Shown one piece after another: positions 12,238-25,234 of a stretch of DNA of 64,000 nt. The stretch comes from Squalus acanthias (lineage: Eukaryota): NCBI GenBank assembly GCA_030390025.1, contig CM059432.1, positions 2,790,001 to 2,854,000 on the forward strand, written 5' to 3'. How positions within the stretch are numbered: the first letter of the stretch is position 1; each line of letters starts with the position of its first letter. The notes beneath the pieces are model-generated. The model saw nothing but the letters and a program-made list of their open reading frames with translations, did not search any database and had not been told where the DNA came from. Made by a program: the position numbers and the translations under genes.

Positions 12238-13530
12238 TGTAATGTAGGAAACGCGGCAACCAATTTGCGCACAGCAAGCTCCCACAAACAGCAATGTGAT
12301 AATGACCAGATAAACAGTTTTAGTGATGTTGGCTGAGGGATAAATATTGGCCCCAGGACACCGGGGAGAACTCCCCTGCTCTTCTTCAAAATAGTGGCCG
12401 TGGGATCTTTTACGTCCACCTGAGAGAACAGACGGGGCCTCAGTTTAACGTCTCATCCGAAAGACGGCACCTCCGACAGTGCGGCACTCCCTCAGTACTG
12501 CCCCTCCGACAGTGTGGCGCTCCCTCAGTACTGACCCTTCAACAGTGCGGCGCTCCCTCAGTACTGACCCTCCGACAGTGCAGCGCTCCATCAGTACTGC
12601 CCCTCCGACAGTGCAGCGCTCCCTCAGTACTGCCCCTCCGACAGTGCTGCGCTCCCTCAGTACTGCCCCTCCGACAGTGCGGCGCTCCCTCAGTATGACC
12701 CTCCGACAGTGCGGAGCTCCCTCAGTACTGCCCCTCCGACAGTGCGGCGCTCCCTCAGTACTGCCCCTCCGACAGTGCGGCACTCCCTCAGTACTGCCCC
12801 TCCGACAGTGCGGCGCTCCCTCAGTACTGCCCCTCCGACAGTGCGGCACTCCCTCAGTACTGCCCCTCCGACAGTGCGGCACACCCTCAGTACTGCCCCT
12901 CCGACAGTGCAGCGCTCTCAGTACTGCCCTTCCGACAGTGCGGTGCTCCCTCAGTACTGACCCTCCGACAGTGCGGCGCTCCCTCAGTACTGCCCCTCCG
13001 ACAGTGCTGCGCTCCCTCAGTACTGCCCCTCCGACAGTGCAGCGCTCCCTCAGTACTGCCCTTCCGACAGTGCGGCGCTCCCTCAGTACTGCCCTTCCGA
13101 CAGTGCGGCGCTCCCTCAGTACTGACCCTCCGACAGTGCGGCGCTCCCTCAGTACTGCCCCTCCGACAGTGCGGCGCTCCCTCAGTACTGCCCCTCTGAT
13201 AGTGCAGCGGAGCTCAGTACTGCCCCTCCGACAGTGCTGCGCTCCCTCAGTACTGCCCCTCTGATAGTGCGGCGCTCCCTCAGTACTGCCCCTCCGACAG
13301 TGCTGCGCTCCCTCAGTACTGCCCCTCCGACAGTGCAGCGCTCCCTCAGTACTGCCCCTCCGACAGTGCGCGCTCCCTCAGTACTGACCCTCCGACAGTG
13401 CTGCGCTCCCTCAGTACTGCCCCTCTGACAGAGCGGCGCTCCCTCAGTACTGCGCTGGGAGTGTCAGCCTAGATTTTTGTGCTCAAGTCTCTGGAGTGGG
13501 ACTTGAACCCACGACCTTCTGACTCAGAGC
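12238..13530 (-). mobile_element. DeuSINE carrying an internal 33-bp array
   Basis: Head at about 13455-13530, Deu domain and body at 12238-12470. Confidence 0.88.
12470..13452 (-). repeat. 33-bp minisatellite, about 30 units, derived from the SINE
   Basis: Unit ccgacagtgcggcgctccctcagtactgcccct repeated head to tail. Confidence 0.95.
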
Positions 13531-13644
13531 CTCATCAGAGAAACAGCGTCGCGATGAATCATGGTCTGGCTGTGAGTGGGAGAGTAGCAAAGAGAAGCTA
13601 AAAAGTTTTGTAGGAGATTTGGCAGAGACTGCAAAATAGATTAA

Positions 13645-14120
13645 CAAGGATTATACCAGAACTGAGAGGTTATAACCATCAGGAAAGACTGAACAGGCTG
13701 GGGCTCTTTTCTCTAGAAAAGAGAAGGCTGAGGGGTGACCTGATAGAGGTCTTTAAAATTATGAAGGGGTTCGATAGGGTAGACGTAGAGAAGATGTTTC
13801 CACTTGTGGGGAGACCAGAACTAGGGGACATAAATATAAGGTAGTCACTAATAAATCCAATAGGGAATTCAGGAGAAACTTCTTTACCCAGAGATTGGTG
13901 AGAATGTGGAACTCGCTACCACAGGGAGTGGTTGAGGCGAATAGCAGAGATGCATTTAAGGGGAAGCTGGATAAACACATAAGGGAGAAAGGAATAGAAG
14001 GATATGCTGATAGGGTGAGATGAAGTAGGGTGGGAGGAGGCTCATGTGGAGCAGAAACACCGGCACGGAGCAGATGGGCCGAATGGTCTGTTTCTGTGCT
14101 GTAAATACTATATAATTCTA
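13645..14120 (+). mobile_element. CR1 LINE 3' fragment
   Basis: gaggggtgacctgatagaggtc...gggccgaatggtc tail. Confidence 0.85.
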
Positions 14121-14247
14121 TGCAGTGATCCAAACATGCAATAGGATAATCATTTTTGCCATCCCATTTCTCTTGCCCTCTCTAAAGAATCTGCGTGAGT
14201 GTTGAGGCGAACGAGCACTTTGTTGATGTTGTTTGGAGGTTGTTGTG

Positions 14248-15456
14248 TACGGTCGCCAACTCTGATTGGACGTATTCCTGGAGGTTGCATCACATGACCT
14301 CCCACCTCCGACCGCCCCACCCGATCAAACAGCCTTTCCCACTGCCCCCTCCCAATCGCCAATATTTTTAGAACTAATAAATGAAAGTGTTCGAAGAAAT
14401 TGAAAAATAAAACCACACAATTTTTTAATGCCCCAATGACTTTTTTTTTCTCCTGGAATTTTGCTCGTAGCAATATAAGAATATAAGAACATAAGAAATA
14501 GGAGCAGGAGTCGGCCATTTGGCCCCTCGAGCCTGCTCCGCCATTTAATGAGATCATGGCTGATCTGATCTTGGGCTCAGCTCCATTTCCCTGCTCGCTC
14601 CCCATAACCCTTCACTCCCTTATTGTTCAAAAATCTGTCTATCTCCACCTTAACTGTATTTAATGACCCAGCCTCCACAGCTCTCTGGGGCAGAGAATTC
14701 CACAGATTTACGACCCTCAGAGAAGAAATTCCTCCTCATCTCAGTTCTAAAAGGGCGACCCTTTATTCTGAAACTATGCCCCCGAGTTCTAGATTTCCCC
14801 ACGAGGGGAAACATCCTCTCTGCATCTACCTTGTCGAGCCCCTTCAGTATCTTATACGTTTCAATAAGATCACCTCTCATTCTTCTAAACTCCAATGAGT
14901 ATAGGCCCAGCCTGCTCAACCTTTCTTCATAAGTCAACCCCTTCATCTCAGGAATCAACCTTGTGAACCTTCTCTGAACTGCCTCCAATGCAAATATATC
15001 CCTCCTTAAATAGGGAGACCAAAACTGTACGCAGTACTCCAGGTGTGGTCTCACCAATACCCTGTACGGTTGTAGCAGGACTTCCCTACTTTTATACTTC
15101 AACCCCCTTGCAATAAAGGCCAACATTTCATTTGCCTTCCTGATTACTTGCTGCACCTGCATGCTAACTTTTTGTGTTTCATGCACAAGGACCCCCAGGT
15201 CCCTCTGAACTGCAGCATTTTGTAATCTCTCTCCATTTAAATAATAATTTGCTTTTTTATTTTTCTTACCAAAGTGGATAACCTCGCACTTTCCCACATT
15301 ATACTCCATCTGCCAAATGTTTGCCCACTCACTTAGCCTGTCTATATCCCTTTGCAGATTCTTTGTGTCCTCTTCACAACTTGCTTTCCAACCCATCTTT
15401 GTATCATCCAGGAGATTAACCTTCTTAAAATTCCTGGCAACCCCAGGGCAACCCTA
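14248..15456 (-). mobile_element. Non-autonomous DNA transposon (TAGGGTTGCCA-type termini, hAT-like) split by a CR1 LINE
   Basis: tacggtcgccaac...ggcaacccta ends; internal sequence matches 22236-23086 in reverse. Confidence 0.65.
14477..15406 (-). mobile_element. CR1/HER1 LINE 3' ~0.9 kb
   Basis: ORF 14650-15396 carries [34 protein letters not shown]. Confidence 0.92.
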
Positions 15457-15502
15457 TTACTGCGTTCTAGTCCTATCGTGGATGTCAAATCTGAATAACA
15501 AG

Positions 15503-16450
15503 GGCAGCACTCTCTCTCGCTTCTGAGTCAGAAGGTTGTGGGTTCAAGTCCCACTCCAGAGACTTGAGCACAAAAATCCAGGCTGACACTCCAGTGCCAG
15601 TACTGAGGGAGCACCGCACTGTCGGAGGGGCAGTACTGAGGGAGAGCCGCACTGTCGGAGGGGCGGTACTGAGGGAGTGCTGCACTGTCGGAGGGGCAGT
15701 ACTGAGGGAGAGCCGCACTGTCGGAGGGGCGGTACTGAGGGAGTGCTGCACTGTCGGAGGGGCAGTACTGAGGGAGAGCCGCACTGTCGGAGGGGCAGTA
15801 CTGAGGGAGTGCTGCACTGTCGGAGGGGCAGTACTGAGGGAGCGCCGCACTGTCGGAGGGGCAGTACTGAGGGAGCGCCACACTGTCGGAGGGTCAGTAC
15901 TGAGGGAGTGCTGCACTGTCGGAGGGGCAGTACTGAGGGAGTGCCGCACTGTCGGAGGGGCAGTACTGAGGGAGCGCCGCACTGTCGGAGGGGCAGTACT
16001 GAGGGAGCGCCACACTGTCGGAGGGTCAGTACTGAGGGAGCGCCGCACTGTCGGAGGGTCAGTACTGAGGGAGTGCTGCACTGTCGGAGGGGCAGTACTG
16101 AGGGAGTGCTGCACTGTCGGAGGTGCTGTCTTTCGGATGAGACGTTAAACCGAGGTCCCCGGCTGCTCTCTCAGGTGGACGTAAAAGATCCCATGGCATC
16201 ATTGCGAAGAAGAGCAGGGAAGTTCTCCCCGGTGTCCTGGGGCCAATATTTATCCCTCAATCAACATCACTAAAAACAGATTATCTGGCCATTATCACAT
16301 TGCTGTTTGTGGGAGCTTGCTGTGCGCAAATTGGCTGCCTCGTTTCGTACATTACAACAGTGACTACACTTCAAAAAGTACTTCATTGGCTGTGAAGCAC
16401 TTTGGGACGTCCTGATGTCGTGAAAGGCGCTATAGAAATGCAGGTCTTTT
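15503..16450 (+). mobile_element. DeuSINE carrying an internal 33-bp array
   Basis: Box B ggttcaagtcc, then the array, then Deu domain and L2-like tail. Confidence 0.9.
15598..16125 (+). repeat. 33-bp minisatellite, about 16 units
   Basis: Unit cagtactgagggagcgccgcactgtcggagggg with variants. Confidence 0.95.
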
Positions 16451-16779
16451 TAATGTAAAAGACCGTTTGTGCAAGTATTGGATGGAACTGTTACCTCGTC
16501 AACCATATACAATCCTTTGCCAAAATAAAACAATATTGGCACATTCAAAGCAGCACGGACTTAAACTGGTGGACCACGATATTGTTTAGCAAGAGTACAT
16601 CTAACCATTTTTTAACAGCATATTATTTCTCAAAAGCCCAGTATCCCTTCCCCCATTACATCTATAGAACTCTGCTCTGGTGCAAACACCTCCGGTCTGG
16701 CCAATTCAAATCCAATCTATTCATTTTCCATTTACTATTATTACCCACCTTGGGGCTAAAGATTAGAATTATTATTCAT

Positions 16780-18243
16780 ATGGAATGGGAGGACACGTGG
16801 CCGATAAAATTCAACGCAGAGAAGTGTGAGGTGATACATTTTGGTAGAAAGAATGAGGAGAGGCAATATAAACTAAAGGGTACAAGCCTAAAGGGGGTGC
16901 AGGAACAGAGAGACCTGGGGGTGAATGTGCACAAATCTTTGAAGGTGGCAGAACAGGTTAACAAAGCCGTTAATAAAGCACATGGGATCCTGGGCTTTAT
17001 AAATAGAGGCATTGGGCTGGATTTTGATACTGGGGCGGGTTGGGGTCGTGTCATCCGCATTTCGTGTTCTCCGCCCGACTGCAATTGGATGTGGGAGATT
17101 GATGCGATTTTCACCTAATTGGGCAATTGAGTTCCAGCATGTGGGAACCCATGAACCAATTAGTGTTTTCAGTCTGAAAGTCGCCTCTGATGATGTCATC
17201 ATTGCTGCTGCATTGAAGGTCTGCAAAGACTGCCTGGCCTTTGCTGTGAGAGGACCTGGATGCAAAATGAGCAGCAGCAGCCCTAAGTCTGCTCCCAGAT
17301 ATTTGTGTATCACCACTCCTAGATATGTCATCCATCCAGCCAGCCAGCCACTGATAGTCAGCTATCCAAATGTGCTCCCACCAGGTTTCACATTCGTGGT
17401 TCAGAACAGGCGTGCTTCACGTAGAAAAAGGGTTAAAATCACAAAGGCCTTTCAAAATGGCATTATAGAGCCAATTTAGTGTTTGTTAAGGGCCTTAACA
17501 GCCTATCCCACCTCTTGGAGGCGGGACGGAGTCGGGACCAGCAGACACGATTTAATGAAAATTGCGTGGAGGCGGGATGGAGGCGGACTTGTGCCCGCCC
17601 GCCAGTTTTTGCAATTTTAACCCCCCACACGCCTCCAAACCCACCTCCACGGGTCAATGAAAATCCAGCCCATAGAGTACAAAAGCTAGAGAGTTATGAT
17701 GAATCTTTATAAAACACTGGTTCGGCCTCAACTGGAGTCTTGTGTCCAATTCTGGGCAGCGCACTTTAGGAAAGACGTGAAGGCTTTGATGAGGATACAG
17801 AGGAGATTTACTAGAATGGTTCCAGGGATGAGGGAATACAGATGCGTGGATAGACTGGAGAAGCTGGGGTTGTTTTCCTTGGAGCAGAGAAGGTTAAGAG
17901 GAGATTTGATCGAGGTGATCAAAATCATGAGGGGTCTGGACAGAGTAGATAGAGAGAAACTATCTCCAATGGCAGGAGGGTCACTAATCAGAGGGCACAG
18001 ATTTAAGGTGATCGGCAAATTAACCAGAGGCGACATGAGGAAAAACTGTTTTACGCAGCGAGTGGTTAGGATCTGGAACGCGCTGCCTGAGAGGGTGGTG
18101 GAGGCAGATTCAATCACAGCTTTCAAAAGGGAGTTGGATAAGTACCTGAAGGAGAAAAATTTGCAGGGATATGGGGAAAGAGCGAGGGGAGTGGGACTAA
18201 CTGGATCGCTCTTCGAAAGAGCCGGCGCAGACTCGATGGACAA
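16780..18243 (+). mobile_element. CR1 LINE 3' fragment interrupted by a MITE
   Basis: KFNAEKCEVIHFGRKN...GFINRGI, then the insert, then EYKS..RPQLE..FW. Confidence 0.9.
17014..17671. mobile_element. Non-autonomous TIR element, PIF/Harbinger-like
   Basis: TIR gggctggatttt / aaaatccagccc; 3-bp flanks att/ata at a host ggc-ata-gag site. Confidence 0.7.
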
Positions 18244-18508
18244 CCCTTTCAACCTCAGGAGAGCACCGCGTTCTTTCTGTTGAGATACGTAGGACAATGC
18301 AAACATGCTAGAGTGGGGGGGCGGGGGGGGGGGGAGCGCGGCGGTGAGTGGTGAACAACTATAATCACCATTAATACCCTGATCACTGGGGTAGGCCCAG
18401 GATTCCTCACACCCGGTTCCTGTATTGCTATGAAGCTTTTAAATATATTTGATTTTTTCACTCTTTTCCTTGGCCTTCGCTGTCTGTTTCTTGCATTCCC
18501 TTTGCAAA

Positions 18509-18722
18509 CCTCTCCGTCTCTCCAGCTCTCCCTCTCCGCCTCTCCCTCTCCGCCTCTCCACCTCTCCCTCTCCACCTCCGCCTCTCCCTCTCCGCCTCTC
18601 CCTCTCCGCCTCTCCACCTCTCCCTCTCCGCCTCTCCCTCTCCGCCTCTCCCTCTCCGTCTCTCCACCTCTCCGTCTCTCCACCTCTCCCTCTCCGCCTC
18701 TCCCTCTCTCCACCTCTCTCTC
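18509..18722 (+). repeat. (CTCTCC/G/A)-type microsatellite expanded inside an L2 3' fragment (L2 continues to about 18892)
   Basis: Begins aaacctctccg and ends tcctcctttaagacgctcc, the normal L2 context. Confidence 0.85.
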
Positions 18723-18954
18723 CTCCTTTAAGACGCTCCTTAAAACCTCCCTCTTTGACCAAGCTTTTGGTCACCTGCCCTAATATCTCCTTATGTGGCT
18801 TGATGTCAAATTGTGTTTGATAATTGCTCCTGTGAAGAGCCTGGGGACATTTTACTATGTTAAAGGCGCTATCTAAATATAGGTTGTTGTTGCCTTTCCC
18901 CTGCCATCTTGATTATTTCCCCCTTCTCTTTGTTCAGACCCTTTTTTAATGCCA

Positions 18955-19765
18955 TTCATTTTTTTATTCATTCCTGGGATGTGGGCGTCGCTGGCAAGGC
19001 CAGTATTTATTGCCCATCCCTAATTGCCCTCGAGAAGGTGGTGGTGAGCTGCCTTCTTGAACTGCTGCAGTCCGTGTGGTGAAGGTACTCCCACAGTGCT
19101 GTCGGGGAGGGAGTTCCAGGATTTTGACCCAGCGACGATGAAGGAACGGCCGATATATTTCCAAGTCAGGATGGTGTGTGACTTGGAGGGGAACTTGGAG
19201 GTGGTGGTGTTCCCATGCGCCTGCTGCCCTTGTCCTTCTAGGTGGTAGAGGTCACGGGTTTGGGAGGTGCTGCCGAAGAAGCCTTGGTGAGTTGCTGCAG
19301 TGCATCTTGTAGATGGTACACACGGCAGCCACAGTACGCCGGTGGTGGAGGGAGTGAATGTTTAAGGTGGTGGATGGGGTGCCAATCAAGCGGGCTGCTT
19401 TGTCCTGGATGGTGTCGAACTTCTTGAGTGTTGTTGGAGCTGCACTCATCCAGGCAAGTGGAGAGTATTCCATCACACTCCTTACTTGTGCCTTGTAGAT
19501 GGTGGAAAGGCTTTGGGGAGTCGGGAGGTGAGACACTCGCTGCAGAATACCTAGCCTCTGACCTGCTCTTGTTGCCACAGTATTTATGTGGCTGGTCCAG
19601 TTAAGTTTCTGGTCAATGGTGACCCCCAGGATGTTAATGGTAGGGGATTCGGCGATGGTAATGCCATTGAATGTCAAGGGACGGTGGTTAGACGCTCGCT
19701 TGTTGGAGATAGTCATTGCCTGGCACTTGTGTGGCGTGAATGTTACCTGCCACTTTTCAGCCCAA
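18955..19765 (-). mobile_element. Second-group CR1 LINE 3' 0.8 kb
   Basis: WAEKWQVTF..ILGVTIDQKLNW..YKAQVRSVMEYSPLAW; A-rich tail. Confidence 0.9.
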
Positions 19766-20765
19766 TTAGGAGTTGATGGGGTGGATAGAGAGAAACTATT
19801 TCCTATGGTGGGAGAGTTCAGAACAAGGGGGCATAACCTTAAAATTAGAGCCAGGCCGTTCAGGGGTGATGTCAGGAAGCACTTCTTCACACAAAGGGTA
19901 GTGGAAATCTGGGACTGTCTCCTCCGAAAAGCTGTTGTGTCAATTGAAAATGTCAAAACTGAGATTGATAGATTTTTGTTGGGTAAGGGTATTAAGGGGT
20001 CACGGAACCAAGGCGGGTAGATGGACATCAGAGCATAAGAAATAGGAGCAGGAGTAGGCTATTCGACCCCTCGAGCCTGCTCCGCCATTCAATAAGTTCA
20101 TGATCTTATCGAAACATATAAGATACTGAGGGGGCTCAACAAGGTAGATGCAGAGAGGATGTTTCCCCTCGTGGGGAAATCTAGAACTCGGGGGCACAGT
20201 CTCAGAATAAAGGGTCGCCCTTTTAGAACTGAGATGAGGAGGAATTTCTTCTCTCAGAGGGTCGTAAATCTGTGGAATTCTCTGCCCCAGAGAGCTGTGG
20301 AGGCTGGGTCATTAAATACATTTAAGGTGGAGATAGACAGATTTTTACAAGATAAGGGAGTGAAGGGTTATGGGGAGCGAGCAGGGAAGTGGCTTTGAGC
20401 CCCAGATCAGCCATGATCTTATTTAATGGCGGAGCAGGCTCGAGGGGCCAAGTGGCCTATTCCTGCTCCTATTTCTTATGTTCTTATGGCTGATCTTCTA
20501 CCTCAACCCCACCTTCCCACATTATCCCCATATCCCTTCATTCCCAAAAATCTATCGATCTCAGCCTTGAATATACTCAACGACTGAGCATCCACAGCCC
20601 TCTAGGGTAGAGAATTCCAAAGATTCACAACCCTCTGAGTGAAGAAATTTCTCCTCATCTCAGTCCTAAATGGCCGACCCCTTATGGAGTTATGGAATTG
20701 TGCCATGATCTAATTGAATGGCGGAACAGGCTCGAAGGGCTGAATGGCCTCCTCCTGTTCCTGTG
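19766..20765. mobile_element. Three nested CR1 3' fragments in alternating orientation
   Basis: Plus 19766-20025 and 20686-20765; minus 20033-20100 and 20487-20685; plus 20100-20487. Confidence 0.75.
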
Positions 20766-21042
20766 TTCCACACCTGAAACATTAACTCATCTGTTCTATT
20801 CGCAGATGCTGTCTGACCTGTTAAGTATTTCCAGCATATTCTGTTTTTGTTTCAATACAGGGGGACGTGTTTCATTTATTTAACTCCCAGAATTGTTTGA
20901 TAAAAAATTTAACTGTTTTTCAGCTAAAAACTAATAGAGGATGGTGAGAATGTGGAACTCGCTGCCACAGCGAAGGGTCATAAAGGTCACGGAACCAAAC
21001 GGGTAGATGGACACAAGAGCCTAAGAAATAGGAGCAGGGGTA

Positions 21043-21715
21043 GGCGAAGGTTCACCAGACTGATTCCTGGGATGGCAGGACTGTCGTATGAGGAGAGATT
21101 GGGTCGACTAGGCCTGTATTCACTAGAGTTCAGAAGAATGAGAGGGGATCTCATTGAAACGTATAAAATCCTGACAGGGCTAGACAGACTGGATGCAGGG
21201 AAGATGTTTCCCCTGGCTGGGGGCTCTAATACGAGGGGTCACAGACTCAGGATACGGGGTAGGACATTTAGGAGGAGAAATTTCTTCACTCAGAGGGTGG
21301 TGAACCTGTGGAATTCTCTACCACAGAAGGCTGTGGAGGCCAAGTCACTGAATATATTTAAGAAGGAGATAGATAAATTTCTAGACACAAAAGGCATCCA
21401 GGGGTATGGGGAGAGAGCGGGAATATGGTATTGAGATAGAGGATCAGCCATGATCATATTGAATGGCGGAGCAGGCTCGAAGGGCCGAATGGCCGACCCC
21501 TGCTCCTATTTTTCTATGTTTCTACAAGGAGTGGTTGAGGTGAATAGCAGAGATGCATTTAAGGGGAAGCTGGATAAACACATGAGGGAGAAAGGCATAA
21601 CGATATGCTGATAGGGTGAGATGGAGAGGGGCGGGGAGGAGGCTCGTGCGGAGCAGAAACACCGGCACGGAGCAGTTGGGCCGAATGGCCTGTTTCTGCG
21701 CTGTAACATCTATGG
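21043..21715 (+). mobile_element. CR1 3' fragments
   Basis: RRFTRLIPGMAGLSYEERL...WY followed by a second tail. Confidence 0.85.
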
Positions 21716-22235
21716 AATTGTGTGGGATTGGCCTTGAACCCATGATCTATTAAGACCTCTGAGGCAAGAGTGCTGCCACAGAGCGAAGCTGACACCAGTG
21801 CGTTAAGTTAATGAGGCGATCATTATCTAAAGATACTTAGAGATAGGGAGCTGGAGGAAGATTTATTGACACCATTCCGTCGCCCGTCAATGCTACATGT
21901 TCTAAACTTAACACATTATTTTGTCTGAGATAAGGTTTAAAAGGAAACTCCAGTCAGTTTACTGAAGTACCATATCCAATTGATTGTCACTCATAACCCA
22001 ACATTATAGTTATCGGCCGTGATAATTACCATGAAGCATAAATTAAAAACAGCAAACGTATGGAGATAGACCCTGGCCCTAAATATCCGCGATGGGATGC
22101 ACCTCGACACCAGCAGTGAGATGTGCCCACCGGGAACCTTCTTCACTGACTTGCAGCAAGACTTTCCAGGGTGAGGGGGGGAGATTCCCGGATTTACATC
22201 CCAATGGCAGGTGCCTACTTGCTGGAGAGCGGGAA

Positions 22236-23086
22236 TAGGGTTGCCACTTGCCAACCCTCCAGGATTGCCCTGGAATCTCCAGGAATTGAAGATTAATCTC
22301 CAGGACACGGTCGCGATCCACACCCGGGACAAAATCACAGGGGGTTTTATACAAAATTGTGGAGGTTTTTTTTCCCATTTTCTTTGAACACTTTTGTCAG
22401 CTGTGGCTCAGTGGGTAGCACCCTCGCCTCGGAGTCAGAAGGTTGTGGGTTCAAGTCCCACTCCAGAGACTTGAGCACAAAAATCTAGGCTGACGCTCCC
22501 AGTGCAGTGCTGAGGGAGTGCTGCACTGTCGGAGGTGCCGTCTTTCGGATGAGACGTTAAACCGAGGTCCCGTCTGCCCTCTCAAGTGGACGTAAAAGAT
22601 CCCATGGCATTATTGGAAGAAGAGCAGGGGGAGTTATCCCCGGTGTCCTGGGGTCAATATTTATCCCTCAACCAACATCACTAAAAACAGTTTATCTGGT
22701 CATTATCACATTGCTGTGTGTGGGAGCTTGCTGTGCGCAAATTAGCTGCCGTGTTTCCTGCATTACAACAGTGACCACACTTCAAAAAGTACTTCATTGG
22801 CTGTAAAGCGTTTTGGGACGTCCTGAGGTCGTGAAAGGCGCTAGAGAAATGCAAGTCTTTGTTTTTATTAGTTCTAACAATATTGGAGATGGGGGGAAAA
22901 ATGCTGTTTTACTAAGATTAATCCAATTGGGTATCAAAAGAGTCTGTTACCTTTCCAATTGGCGTAACAAGGCAGTGGCGCCTGGAGGATGCCCCAATGA
23001 CGGGAGAGTGGGGGCGGGGCGGTTCAAGGTGAGAGGTCATGTGATGACATCTCCAGGAATACAACGAACCAGAGTTGGCAACACTG
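22236..23086 (+). mobile_element. Non-autonomous DNA transposon (tagggttgcca...tggcaacactg) hosting a DeuSINE
   Basis: Inverted termini; second copy at 14248-15456. Confidence 0.65.
22396..22866 (+). mobile_element. Full-length, unexpanded DeuSINE (SacSINE1-like); reference copy
   Basis: A box tggctcagtgg, B box ggttcaagtcc, single 33-bp segment, Deu domain ggatgagacgttaaaccgagg...ccccggtgtcctgg, L2-like tail. Confidence 0.9.
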
Positions 23087-23417
23087 GGCTTGAAAGTTCA
23101 GCTGAAGGTTGCCTGGGGCGTGGGGGGCAGGCGGGGAATTGTTGCCAGGTTTCGCATCCCCCCCAAACCCACAGAGAGAGATGCACTCGCAGTTCCTTTT
23201 CTAAGGGGGCCACTTTAAAAATTGACCAATTTCTTCTGCAGTCTGAGCCACAGTCATGGCCTGGACCATCCGTGGTCCCACAATCGGTGCTCCTGCTACA
23301 CTGCGCGCAGTAATCGGGAAGGTACCGCGCAGTCTGCTCACAAGCTGTTCCCTGTAAGATACCGCACGCGCAAAAAAAAATTTAGAGGGAATATTGCCCA
23401 CAGCCTTCAACTTTTTA

Positions 23418-23918
23418 CATAAGAACATAAGAAATAGGAGCAGAAGTTGGCCATTCGGCCCCTCGAGCCTGCTCCGCCATTCAATAAGATCATGGTTGAT
23501 CTTCTACCTCATCTCCACTTTCCTGCACTATCCCCATATCCCTTGATTCCCTTAATGTTCAAAAATCTATCGATCTCTGTCTTGAATATACTCAATGACT
23601 GAGCCTCCACAGCCCTCTGGGGTAGAGAATTCCAAAGATTCACCACTAGCTGAGTGAAGAAATTGCTCCTCATCTCAGTCCTAAATGGCCGGCCCCTTAT
23701 TGAGACTCCCCAGCCAGGGGAAACATCCTCCCTGCATCTACCCTGTCAAGCCCTGTAAGAATTTTGTATGTTTCAATGAGATACACCTCATTCTTCTAAA
23801 CTCAAGAGAATATAGGCCTAGTCTACTCAATCTCTCCTCAAAGGACAATCCCCCCCATCCCAGGAACCAGTCTGGTGAACCTTCGTTGCACTCCCTCTGT
23901 GGCAAGTATATCCTTCCT
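23418..23918 (-). mobile_element. CR1 3' fragment
   Basis: cataagaa tail repeats and RT C-terminal motifs. Confidence 0.85.
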
Positions 23919-24130
23919 TTGGGGAGGTTTGCCATGTTTAACCAGGTGTACCTGCATCGACAACATGCTGAGTTCCACTGAAGGCCTGGGGCTCGGGAAT
24001 TCCAGACTTGGAGAGTCCTTGCTGCCATCCCTCCTCCTGATAAGGTGTTTGGTGGTCAGGCCGAGGCTCCACTCCCAACGGGCCATTGAGGAATCCCCCA
24101 ACGTAAGGCTGAGATCTGATGAACCGGGTC

Positions 24131-24705
24131 ACAACCACAACAACTTGCATTTATGTAGCGCCTTTTAACGTAAAACGTCCCAAGGCCCTTCGCAGGAGCG
24201 TTTATCAAGCAAAATTTGACACCGAACCACTTAAGGAGATATGAGGACAGGTGACTAAAAGCTTGGTCAAAGAGATAGGTTTTAAGGAGGAGACAGAGGT
24301 GGAGAGGCGGAGAGGTTTAGGGAGGGAATTCCAGAGCTCGGGGCCCAGGCAGCTGAAGGCACGGCCGCCAATGGTGGGGCGATAAAAATCGGGGATGCGC
24401 AAGAGGCCAGAATTAAAGGAGCGCAGAGATCCCGGAGGTTTGTAGGGCTGGAGGTGGTTAGAGATTGGGACGAGAATTTTAAAATCGAGGCGTTGCCGGA
24501 CCGGGAGCCAAGGTAGGTCAGCGAGCACGGGAGGGGGGTGATGGGTGAACGGAATTTGGGGTGAGTTAAGATACAGTCGGCAGAATTTGGATGAACTTAA
24601 GTTAACGGAGGGGGCAAGGTGGGAGGCCGGCCAGGAGCGCATTGGAATAGTCAAGTCTGGAGGTAACGACGGCGTGGATGTGGGTTTCAGCAGCGGATGA
24701 GGGTC
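24131..24705 (-). mobile_element. L2 LINE 3' fragment
   Basis: WLPVRQRLDFKIL..GGRAFSCLGP. Confidence 0.85.
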
Positions 24706-25234
24706 ACAGTCTAGTTTCTGGTGGCAGTACACCAGGAAGGCCATAGATTTGCAGGGCCAACATGCTTAACAGATCGCGAAGGGCAATCATTTGCTCTGGT
24801 ACTTACAGCACATGGGAGGGCAGAGTGAGTCACAGAGGGGAATAATTTGATCAAACACTACAATGAGAGCAGGAGGCACATGAACTCAAACTTCCGTTTG
24901 ACCTACCTCAGCGAGGACATCGCTAATGAAGTCTCATGCTAATTATTGGCATAAAAAAAGGAACTGTAAAAGTTTCCCGTTTAAAACGTTGACTGATTGG
25001 GACGGGGTTGTTTCCTCTCTATGGAGTTTCTCTTTAAATAAATGGCTAGCTAGTGGGGATCAATGTGCCCAACAGATACTCTTTATTATGCAACAGTTAC
25101 ACATATTAAAGTTTAAGATTTTACGATAGTCTTAGTAATTTTACAAAATGGGATCGTGCGTAATTTGACAAGAGAAGGTGGAAAGTGATTTATCATTTTT
25201 CTTCCCGGCAAATAATAATCAACCCTATATTGCT

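Noticed and set aside
18255..18820. Arg/Glu/Gly-rich and Ser/Pro-rich ORFs
   Set aside because: Translations of a simple repeat.
22396..22470. tRNA genes at SINE heads (also 31490-31560, 57360-57432, 62540-62630)
   Set aside because: A and B boxes are present, but no complete acceptor stem is evident and each continues into a SINE body.
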